Positions 52,553 to 63,800 of a stretch of 64,000 nt of DNA are shown piece after piece. Position numbers and translations under genes: made by a program. The notes beneath the pieces were generated by a model that saw only the letters and a list, made by a program, of their open reading frames with translations, was not told where the DNA came from and searched no databases. The DNA is from Sarea resinae (lineage: Eukaryota). Position 1 is the first letter of the stretch, and every line of letters starts with the position of its first letter. Location of the stretch: NCBI GenBank assembly GCA_026026165.1, contig JAPEUD010000013.1:372001-436000 (forward strand), given 5' to 3'.

Positions 52553-53483
52553 TTTAGTGGCGAGTGAAACTGACGGAGCTGTCGGTCGATGGGATGATGG
52601 CAGGGTGATGCTGGTAAGGATGAGTGGGAAGAAAAGCTGTTGCTTTGCGGTCAGGTGGCGGAAAAGATATGGAGGACGTATCAGCATCGGATCAGTCAAA
52701 TAGGAAGAATGAGTGGAGCAACAAAAGGGAGATAGCTGTGATAGTTGATATATAGTAGCTTATCCTCCAGGGCTGTCCGGACTTGAGGTATGAAGCTCGG
52801 CTCGGAATAATAAAGCCAAGAGCTTCTTTTCACTCTACTGAATAAAGAAGTCCCAGTCCATACTGCTGCTCCACTTCACTGCACTTACACCACATTCGGC
52901 GTGCTGGATCTCTAGCAGCCCATGCGAAGCTTACCAGCCAAGCAACAGCAGCGAATCATCCAAATAAGAACCAAAGGATTGCAACATGATCTCCCATCTA
53001 CGGTACGAATACTGCGCGGTGAATAGAGTGCAGCCGTTCGGGATTAGTCCGTCGCAAATACACGGCCCCTGGCTCATGGACCGCAGCCAGGATACAAAAA
53101 CTCTCTACCCCGAGTGTATCAATCTCCACAGTAAAGATACAACTAATTCAGACTGATGAAAGCCAAGGTAGCTATGGGTCACTCGACTACCTTCCTATCA
53201 TCATTATAGAAGCTGATCAATTGGATGACTTAGTAGCCTATATGCACATGTCTTAAGAGGTGGAGCTATCTCACAAAGTAGGGCGGAGCTCGAGCATGTT
53301 GTATGTGGCTTACATGGAGCTCGGAGATGTCTCGATCACCGAGCATGATCCCCGCCATCTCCGACCTCAAGGACACAGCTCTCTGGACACGTCCCCGGTC
53401 TCCGAGCATCTCGCAATCTGATCTCTTTTCTGACAAGTCTCGGAGCTGATGCGTATTCTCATCGGAATCTGCGATATTCCGAA

Positions 53484-55972
53484 ATGTTGTCAAATTCGCG
53501 GGCTCGTATCTCCGGATCTCCCAAAGAAAGGCCACCCAATGAAACCAAGCGAAAGCGGAAAGCACTTTCTTGCTATGATTGTCGACGCCGCAAATTGAGA
53601 TGCGACCGCGAATATCCTTCATGCAGCCGATGTCGAAAAGCCGGACAGGCGAATTCTTGCTCCTATGACGAGCGACCTCTCAAGCCTAGGCACACTGAAT
53701 CAAGCGCTCCGTCATCGCCAAAGCAGAGCACAACTACGCCCCAGGCTCCATTGGATTGGTCCTCTTCAAATCCAGTAGCACATGTGAAGCAGATCAATCG
53801 AATAGAGAATAGGCTTTCTACTTTGGAGGCAAGTCAGACTTCTGGGACCTGGCAAGTTTTCGGTCAAGTGTCGTCTGCCACCAAGGCCAGCGAACAGCGG
53901 CCTCCCATCAAGGCCGACAACGAAACTTTCTTGACATGTCCACGTGATTCAACGCCGACCGAGACGGTCATATTTCGAGGCGGAAGTTTCAAGACACAGT
54001 ACTACGGCGGTAGTAATCCTACTAGTCTAATTGCTCATGTAGGGTGCCCGGGCCTCTTTCATGGTCATAAAACTAATGGCCATAGTTTCCAGAACTTCGA
54101 TCGTTCATGAAGGAGGCCATCATGCACCACACTTCTCTTCCACGCGTTCAACGAGACTTGAAGGCGTTGCAGGTAAGATGGAAAGGCGATAAGACCAGCG
54201 TGTTACCTTTGACAGACTTGGAGCTCCTTAAACTCCTCCCTGATCGGGAGATCGTAGATTATCTTGTCCACCTTTACTTCGATACCTTCGAGACTCTGTA
54301 TCGGATTCTACACCGCCCAAGCTTTTGGAATGAATATCAAATGTTTTGGGAGGATCATCAAGCGGCGAAACCTGCCTTCGTTATCCTTATGTTACTGATG
54401 ATGGCCGCAGTGAGTTGTCTTTCTACCAAAGAACAGCCAACATATCTCGGTGACAGTGCGATAGCTCGGGAGCGCGCAGTGTTGTGGATTGAGGTTTCAG
54501 AATGGTGGCTGGGACGTCATAGCCAGAAGAATATTTACCTCGCCATATGGCAGATTCGCTGTCTATTAATTTTGGCGAAACAAGTCAACATCGTGAAGAA
54601 GAAGCGAACTTGGACGGCAGCGGGCACTCTTGTAAGAGAGGCAATGTCTGCAGGTTTTCACCGCGATCCGAGCCTACTTGGAGAAAAGGTGTCTGTTTTC
54701 AATCAGGAGATGAGACGGCGATTGTGGGCAACAATAATTGAATTGGAGCTGCAGGCTTCCGTCGACAGGGGAATGCCCTCTGCGTCGGCAGGCATTCCCT
54801 CCGACAGTGCTACAGTTCTCAATGTCGATGACGAAGATCTTACTGTGGAGTGTGCCAGATTGCCGATATCAAAATCGACGGAATATACTGCAAGCTCATA
54901 CCTTCATATATCGAGACTCAGCTTCTCTTTACGAGTTTCGTTGAACTCGCGAGTGAACGATCTGAGCTCTCCCATGCTGTACGAGGAAGTGTTGAATTAT
55001 GAAGAGATGATCACAAAAGAACTTCGGAGGATCCCTCCACGGCCTGGACATGGAGAAACCCAAGGCATCCGAGGACTACCTGTGGTGGTGAGAACACTAC
55101 TTGATGTTCAGCTTCAACAATTTTTGATCTTGCTGCACGCTCCATTCGCTCGGCAGGCAGACACTAATTCACGTTACTCGCTGTCGCGGATGATATGTGT
55201 TAATGCTGCCGCTAGCATTCTGAAGCAACATTCGCAACTCACTAGCTCTGGAAATTTCCTGCTATTGCTTCTCCGACATGACTACTTCAGGGCAGCCTTG
55301 ATTATATGTCACAACATGTACATTTCTATCAGCATCCAGAGTATGTGCATCACGAGCACCAGTTATATTCCTGTTGCACCTGCTTATGTATCAAACAGAC
55401 GACCTTTTCCTCAATGCGAATAGCAATGCGTTCATTCAATACGTCGAGGACGCTCTTACTATGCTAGAGGACAGGATTACACGACTCGGCACAGGGTATC
55501 CACATTATTGGTACATCTCCGCCGCTTGTGCCCTCCTTCGGTCGGCAGTTTCACCCGAGGAGTCAACGGCGCAGAAACAGCAAGCCATCGACAGAATTGC
55601 GAGACAATATTACCGCGTGCTAGCATCGCAGGAAGATTTCCTCAGAGCCAAGGAAAAGATCATCCCTATCTGTCTCAATAAGGCAAGAGAAACGATCACC
55701 AATCCCGGAAAGGGTTTGCTAATCGTAGCCTAGAATAACGCAACAGGAGATCAGCCAGAGATTTCCATGAACATGACGAATACTCCTGGATTATCCTTTC
55801 TCGATGCAAGCGTGCCACAGGTATGCATTCCAACTATCTTCCCCTGATGATTACTACTGTTCTCACTGATAAGCAAAAGTCGCCGTTCGAGCGGGCAGAT
55901 CTGCCTCTAGAGGAGTTCTATTTTGGTGATCCAGCCGCGTGGACGTTTGATAATCTTTGGGAAATCGAGTAA
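53484..55972 (+). CDS. Zn(II)2Cys6 transcription factor with a Fungal_trans domain; 5 exons
   Basis: RKRKALSCYDCRRRKLRCDREYPSCSRCRKAGQANSCSY; FKTQYYGGSNP; LYRILHRPSFW; AMSAGFHRDP; EMRRRLWATI; ends DPAAWTFDNLWEIE*. Confidence 0.92.
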
Positions 55973-55999
55973 ACTGGATCACCAAGTTGGGTATCGTGT

Positions 56000-57260
56000 C
56001 CACAGCAACCAAGTCGCAAACGTGATTAGGAAGCCTGATCGTCTCACCATGACCTCTACTGCTCGATATACCTCTGGGAATGTATCCTTCTAGCTCTTTG
56101 TCCCGCGCTCTGTTTCGACGTTGAACTTTTTCAGCAAGTCCGTTGCCTTGAAACTTGACAGAGCTGCCTTTGCTGAAGCAGCCTTAGACGGCAAGCTTGA
56201 GGCATTGCGGAAGCTCTGACTAGGACAGCACTAGTGTAGGCCAATATTAAACATCAGAGCTCTATGATTGCGCAAGGGTAGCCACAGGGGTTGCATCTTT
56301 AGTCTAGCTTATTTGATCTACAGGCTAATAGATGTTGTCGATGCTGAAGGCATCGTAGGCGCTGTAGGCGTTATAGGCGTCATATTCTGCTTGCCGAGAA
56401 ATGCCACTGAATTATTCATTAGAGGCTATTAGCAGCTCTTCGCGCTATCGCATCTTAATAGGCCAGCAATAGACTAATAAAAGGGGCACATGTTAACGCT
56501 TACTATTGGCTAAAAGGAGCAGGAAGCACATAAGGTAGTTAAGAGAGGGGATCGGCGGAAAAGAGGCATATAATAAGAGAAGCTAAGAGAGCTTGTAATC
56601 AAGTTAAAGGTCTGAGTCTGCCTAGGTATTTGTATGATAATGACTAATTACTTTGCTTATACTATCTGATTAAAGCTCTATAAAATGCTCTAATTAGCCT
56701 ACACCTTTTTATATACTAATCTATTATCTTCTCTACACTATTTTTCGGAAATATATAAGAGGTGTCTTATTATAATAGAAGTAGGGCTTTAATTAGAATA
56801 TAGTAAAGCTTCTAATTGTGTTTGCTATAGCGTCAATGTAGAGTTCTTACCTGGTATGTCTAAATATAATTATCCCTTGATTAAAAATGCTTCTCTATAT
56901 AGAGTGACAACGTTGCAGAAATAGTTGTAGAAAGGAGGTATCGTTGAAATAGATCATTCTCTTTTACTCTTAATCTCAATCTTACTAAGAATCTATACTC
57001 TGCTCTATCAGAAGATGAACGATGAGTACTTGAACCTCTATCTTGATATAGTGCTAGTTGGGCGTAGAAAGCGACAGAGGAGCTCTCGTCTAGAGAATCG
57101 AGAATAGGTGCCGAGTAGCAATGAGCTCCTCAAGGGTTTGCTTGCTGAGATCCAACTCCGTAATTATATTTTCACTGCTGTTAGATGAGATTGGACGAGT
57201 CACATCCTTACCTCGCACCAGTCGAATCCTTTCAAGGGCCGCTGCCATATTTCAATATCC
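56000..57260 (-). pseudogene. Decayed, partly RIP-mutated sequence, possibly a gene or transposon relic; not identifiable
   Basis: Local TpA/TAG-rich AT-rich patch at about 56300-57050; stop-interrupted frames and intron-like signals on the minus strand; no recognisable domain. Confidence 0.3.
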
Positions 57261-58055
57261 TTGAGAAACGGGAAGGCTTTTTAGCCCGTGAGACCATCAG
57301 CAAAGGCTTAAAAAAAAGCTAGTTGGTCTATCGGGACATACAGGTGAAAGATATCCTATGTCATAATCCAAGAGCCGAGAGTAGGTATGAGATGACTGAT
57401 TGTTTTTGCATTTCAGGATGTCTAGGGACAATAAGGACGGCCATCGTCCCTCTGTTTCCCCAAACAGTAATTGCCCTAAGGGTCTTGACCCTGCATACTG
57501 GAATATCCAACCGGCTAGACTAAGAAAGACTACTATCGCCGTTGAATCAAGATAGGCACAGAACGTGAGCGAAGCCAATCTGTCACATGCCCGCTGACCC
57601 TCCGACATATGTGCGTGGCAAAAGATCTGATAGGGAATGAAAGAAAAACGTATCTTCGCACCAGGTAGAATGGCGAAAATCACGTAAAAGGGACAGAAAG
57701 ACGAGCGAGCCATATGGAGAAGAAGGAGCACAAGTTCGTAGAGAAGAGTTGAAAGATTTGTATATTCTAAAGTCTGACTGTGGTGTGGATAGAGCAAAGG
57801 TGGGGGGTATCTTTAATTCCCACGACTGGAGGAATTTACAGCGAAATGAAATCGTGACTTCGCCGAAGTCGAACTTGCTGATCAGGATGCGACCAATCAT
57901 CGAAATCTCAATCGGCTGCCATTGCATGTGTCACAGGCAACGCTGGCATTTTCTTAGTTCATTACATGCCATGAAGCGCAGGAACTATCTCCCTAATGCA
58001 TTTCCTCTCATGCTTATCCTTCACACGTAACGTGTTGATACTCTCCTAACAAAGC

Positions 58056-58520
58056 TCAATTGTTCTCCTGCCATCTACAGACACAATATCAGCTATCACG
58101 CTTGCAAATGTGACCTCACCATACTAGATAATTACCTGTGTCCGCACTCTGTGCAGTGATAGAAAATGGTAGTTCCTTCGTCTGCGCTTCTCAACTGCGC
58201 TTGAGACCAATTGACTTCTTTCGCATCACAGTTTGCACAGGAGACATTGATTCGTAAGTTCCCCATGTCCTGAGGTGTAACGGCTTGGATATTTGATGTG
58301 AGTTTGTTGCGTAATCGGGAGGGGAAATTTTCGGACGTCGTCATCCGTGATTGAAGCATCTTATCTAGAAAGAACTTTGCTTAGTCGCTCGAACTTAGAC
58401 AGGCAAAAGCATCGAGCCGTTCGAACTTTTGGTGGACTTTCCACACTGATCACACTGTACAAGTTCATTTGTCGATTCATCGAGTAGATTTCCACAGTCG
58501 TTGCAGAATTGAATCGCCAT
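58056..58520 (-). CDS. RNA polymerase I subunit A12 (RPA12)-like protein with a TFIIS-type C-ribbon, divergent; 3 exons
   Basis: MAIQFCNDCGNLLDES..VQCDQCGK|..FPSRLRNKL..CANC..QLRSADEGTTIFYHCTECGHR|WQENN*. Confidence 0.85.
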
Positions 58521-59569
58521 GCTGAATGCTTCAGAACCAAAGGCCTCGCAAGCCTAACTCTGATAGGTATTCGAGACAGTTGAGGTGTATTGACCAGATA
58601 GATCTCCGCTCTCAGGACTCGGGCTCGACTTGAAGTACAAAATTCGCTAATTCTCTGTAGGCTAAAGGTTCTACATCACACTTACAACGTGATATGCAGG
58701 GTCCTTAGCTGTTTTAGTATTGCACGTGATAATCTAGTTTGTTAAGAGTCTAGAGGTAAACTTAAGTCTCTACCTTTACTCTAGTAGGTAAGGATAGAAG
58801 CAACATAAGTTAAAGGTAAGTACTAAGCACACTATTTAGGCCCTACTCTAAGACTAGTTATAAAATGTATAAATTGTTTAATATTATTTAAAAGAGAATA
58901 AGTAATTAGAGCTAGAGAGTATCTAAGTACTCTAGATTACTCTTAATATATAGTAAGTAGTACTACTTATATTTAAACTTTTATCTATCTCTTAATAAAG
59001 TATATTACTACTTATACTAAGTCTAGACTTTCTAGCTATAATAAAGACCTAAAGATAGGTAGTATAAGATAGTATACTTCTATTTTAAGCTAAGCTAACT
59101 TACTGTTTAGTACCTTAGGTTCTATATAGGTAGTGGCTTGCTAAATTACACTCTAAGTAAGTAATAATAAGTACTATAATAAATTAATTACTACCTGCCT
59201 AATACTTATATAGCTAGGTATATTAGCAAAAATGTAAAATGTTTTATACACCTATAGTGTTAGAACATAAGAATTTATAGTGGCTTTATTAAGTTCTTAT
59301 TTACTATATATTAGAAGGTAGCACAAAGATATAAGTAGAGAAAGGTGCTAAAGAAGTATTATAGTATAGAATAATTATATATTATATAAACTTAGAGATT
59401 CTAGCTATAGAGGTATAAGGTAGTCATTATATAGATATAGCTAACTTACTAGAAACTTCTAGTGATAAGTAATTACATAAGTGATTTGTAATCAATAAAC
59501 TAGCAATAATATATGCTTTGTAAGAAAGTTAAGAGATAGTTACCTTAGTATCACATTAGGTAATCATAA

Positions 59570-60337
59570 AACTATGCTAAAACTGTGTTAAAACTGTGTT
59601 AAAACTGTGTTAAAACTATGTCATTACTACTATAGGTGTCAACACCTATAGAAATTGTGAGACAGTACTACAATAGTGTTGATTTTCATCACAGTTACTA
59701 ACACCTATATGTGTTGAACACCTCCTAGGTGTTGACACTGCTTGAAACCACTTGACTTTTTAACACCTATAGAAAAATCAGGCGAAAAAAAAGTAAATTG
59801 AGTACAGTAGGAATCGATCCTAGGAGCATTATATAATCAACTTATTGATGTTACACTAACTAGGCTATATGATTTGTTAGAAAATCTAACTCTCTAGTAG
59901 TATATAGCCTACTAAAACCATGATAATATTATTTTAACATAGAGATTTTCAAATTTTATCAAGATTTAGAGCCACCTAAATTCACTGAGACGTTCGATGA
60001 AAAAGGTCATGATTACATAAGCTTACATAATATTTGCAAAAATCGTTGAAAGTCTCAGTGAATATTAGCTTATTTGAAATTTTAAGAAATATCTACTACT
60101 ACTATAACACCTACTATTAGTTTTAACACTGTGTTAACACCTACAAGAGGTTTCTAACACCTATAGAAGGTGTTGACACCACCTATAGTTACAGGTACTA
60201 CTAGGTCTCAACACCTACTATTAGTTTTAACACTGTTACAACACTGTCTCAACACCTATAGAAGGTGTTCAACACCTATAAGAGGTTTCTAACACCTATA
60301 GGAGGTGTTAGATACTATTAATACTGTAACAACACAG
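59570..60337. repeat. Unclassified repeat with an 11-mer tandem (AAAACTGTGTT), many AACACCTA(T/C)A units, a tRNA-like segment and an internal inverted repeat
   Basis: aaaactatgctaaaactgtgttaaaactgtgttaaaactgtgttaaaactatg; aacacctata at 59641, 59700, 59762, 60157, 60251, 60271 and 60291. Confidence 0.7.
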
Positions 60338-60824
60338 TGTCAGGATATATAGGGTAGGCACTAAAGTATATAACTTTCATGTTATAGAAGTTCTATAGGT
60401 GTCTAAGATATTCTATAGACTTCTAGAGAATTATAGGATGCTTAGTCAGCATAGCTATAGAATCTTCTAGAATGTTCTATAAGATTCTATAGGGTTCTAC
60501 TATGTTCTATTAGCTTCTATAGCTATGTAGAAGCTTCTAGATGTATCTATACTGTTATGTGACATTCTGTAACAGTCTAGATACTTAAGAGTGACTAGAA
60601 TTAAGGTTATAATTCTAACACACCCTCTTAAGCTTAATTCTATAGGATAGGTATGCAATTTAGAACACCTATAGAACTTGGCTTTTTGTAACAGTTGCTA
60701 TAGGTACGCAGTTTTATGCACCTATAGAAATTGCATGTTCTTTAGGTGTAGGCTGTATCTAAATAGCCTTTAGGACTTCTAGCCACTTTTAAGTGCTAAG
60801 TGGCTTAGTAAAGCCGTCTGCTAG
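60338..60824 (-). mobile_element. 3' end of a Ty1/Copia LTR retrotransposon (RNase H tail, PPT, 3' LTR 60338-60620), RIP-mutated
   Basis: Minus strand LADGFTKPLST (60824-60792) is the Copia RNase H ADxxTK motif. Purine tract TAAGAGGGTG abuts an LTR with termini TGTTAGAA...TCCTGACA. Confidence 0.8.
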
Positions 60825-63800
60825 TGTGATAGGGTAAACTGGCAATAGTTTAGTCATCAGGCATTAGTGGTGGGGTTGTGTTCCTTAGGGGGTTAGAAAG
60901 GAGGCATTATTAGTTCTTTATACATGCATTCAGTTATTAGTTTTCTAGCAGTCAGTTAAGCAAGCAGTTAGCGTGTTAGTTTTCTTCTCTTCTTCTTATT
61001 ACTTAGTTACTAGGCTATAGGCTGATACCTCCTATTAATTAATACGCTTGTTCTGCCACCTATTTAAGTTCTCTAAGACATATTAGTAAGTAGTAAGACC
61101 TAAGACAGTGACACACTTAACAACTATTAAGTATAGCAGCGCTATTACAATTTAGCAACTCCTATATCTTTAAGACTATCTAGCACTTATCTAGTGCAAT
61201 CTAGTTTCTTCTCTTATATTAGTGACCTATATAGGGCTTAAACAACACAGATTTAACTAGAAAGTGCTCTATAAATAAGTATAAACACTGCTTAAAAGAT
61301 ATATAGAAGGGTTACTAGATCTATAAGGCTAGTACAAAACCTAGCCTATATAATTAGGACTCTAGAAGATTAGCATAATATAAAAGAGATAAGAAGTAGG
61401 AATTACAAAGACCTAGAAAAGAATTTAGAAACAAAGATATAAAGTTTAGAGATTACACTATAAGAAATTCTTCTAGACTAACTAGATCTTATTGTTAAAA
61501 TAGTTAGGTGTTAGCTATTTATCTAAAGAGGTAAGAGGTAATCCTTAATAGCTTATAGTTTATTTAGTAATAAGGTAGTTTATTAAGCGTTATATAAGAA
61601 GAATAAATAGAAGGAACAGCTTTATTATATGCTAAAGAGTGTGCTAAGAGATATTTAATACACTACTAGAGATAAGTAGATTAGTAAGAGTATAATAAGG
61701 TCTAAATATAAGAGAGTTAAAAACAGCATATAGAATAAGTGTCTTTATAAGTTAATAAGATTTATTTAGGCAATTATTTAAGAGATAGTAAACTCTGTTA
61801 TAACTATAATTATTACTGCTATATAAATGTGTTTCTCTCTACACTTTTAAAGAGACAGTTTACTAGAATTACTAACACTACCTATAATAGCTGCTAGCAC
61901 TATATTCTTACTTACTATATATTACCTTACTTCTATACTATTCTCTAGGACTTATAGTGTACTTTACTTTAATAAGGTAAACGCAATAGAGTTTTTTAAG
62001 AGGTATAAAAGACTATATAAAGATTACTAGCTTAACTAGACTAAGATATTTAAGCAGCTTCTATATTATTATAAGAGTATTATATCTTATAGTATTAAGA
62101 CTATACTAGAGTATCTTATAGATTAGGATAAGTTTAAGAAATTACTGCTAAAAGATTACTCTAATTAGGATATAGAGTAGTAAATTAACTCTTAAGCTTA
62201 CTTTAAAGCCTTTAAAAAGAAACTCTATTTAAATATAGAAGAGATCTATTAATATTATTATTAGTTCTAGAGTATCTCTTAAGCTCTATACTAGAAAAAC
62301 AAGCTTAATACCTATACCTATATATTATAGTTTCTCTAAAGCCTTTCTTAAGATATCTAAGTTAAAGTTATTATATATAGCTATATTAACTTAGATAATT
62401 ATAACTCTACTAATATTAACTTTAAGAAGATCTTTAATATTGCTATTAAATAATGTTAATCTATATAGGCACTATAAAAGCTAGATAAGACTAAGCTAAT
62501 AAAGATAGTAAAAACCTTAATTAAAGGATAATATCTAGCTCTAAAGGCTATAGTAGTAGGACTACTCTAACCTCTAGTTATATAAGATTATATAGAAAGA
62601 ATAATAAGTAAGAAGGTTAATAAGGTTATAGATAAATTAGTAGATAAGTTAGCTAGCTTAATAATTCTAATTAAGGTAGTTATAGCAAGTGCTATAAATA
62701 TTACTAAGCTCTTTACTTAGATACTATCTTTTATCTTAAAAGCTATAAGCGCACTAAACTACTAGATTAGCTAGCAGAATAATAGAATAGATCTAGCTTA
62801 TAATACAAACTATACTTAATTAACTAGGTGTTTTAGATATAGTGACTAACGCTATAGATTTGCTAATTGCTTATTAATATAGCAGCTCTTTATAAGTAGG
62901 AAGATTTATTTTAATAAGCATTATTAAATATATTAGGGTCTTAAAAGGCAAGGTAGAATAGAGTTATATATTTCTCCTAGCAAATATTAAGCTCTCTTTA
63001 TTAATAGAGAATAGAAAAAGATATATAATAAGAAGAAGAAGTAACTAGGCCTTAGCTTAGCAGTTAACTTAGTAAGAGTTAGTTCTATTTATACAGTAGA
63101 TTTTAAACTAGATAATATAGATATAGAAGCTAATAATTATAACTAATTAAATATCTATTTAGTAAGATAACTTAAGAGAATCCTTAGATAAGGATCTAAC
63201 TCTAATATATAGAAACCTATATAGGACCTAGATACTAGAGTCTATAAGAGGCGAATTTAAGAGAAAGAAAAGTTACCTATAGCTAAGAATATCTACCTTA
63301 GAATATACTAGAGCAGTTGTGTTCTTAAGAAGAGAGATATAGTTTATTATAAAAAACAGCCTCTATAATATTCTAGCCTAGCTAGTAGTTCTAAGAAAAG
63401 AGTAGAGTTTACTAAGCTAGAGCTAATAGATAAGGTAGAGAAGATATATTAATAAAAGATTTATTAACGCTAATTATCTAATTACTTTAAAGAAGATACT
63501 AACCTTACTTCTCTTATTAATATAATACTAGATTAGTAGCTTAACTATATTATTATTAAGGATCTTCTTTTAAATACACCTAAAGTTTAGAAGCTTTTCT
63601 TTAAGAACCTTAGAGAAGAGTTATACTCTTTAGGTAGAAGATTAGAAGGTTATCTTATAGCTAGATAGTATAATATAGACTACCTAGTAATAGTTAAAAA
63701 GATAACAAGTAATAATTACACTAAGGAGAAAATACTAAATTCTATATTATATACTACTAAGTGTATAATAGTAGAAGTAAGTATTAAAAGAAAAGAGAAT

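Noticed and set aside
59570..60337. Spaced repeats resembling a CRISPR array or telomere
   Set aside because: Eukaryotic context, short irregular units, no cas genes, no TTAGGG tract.
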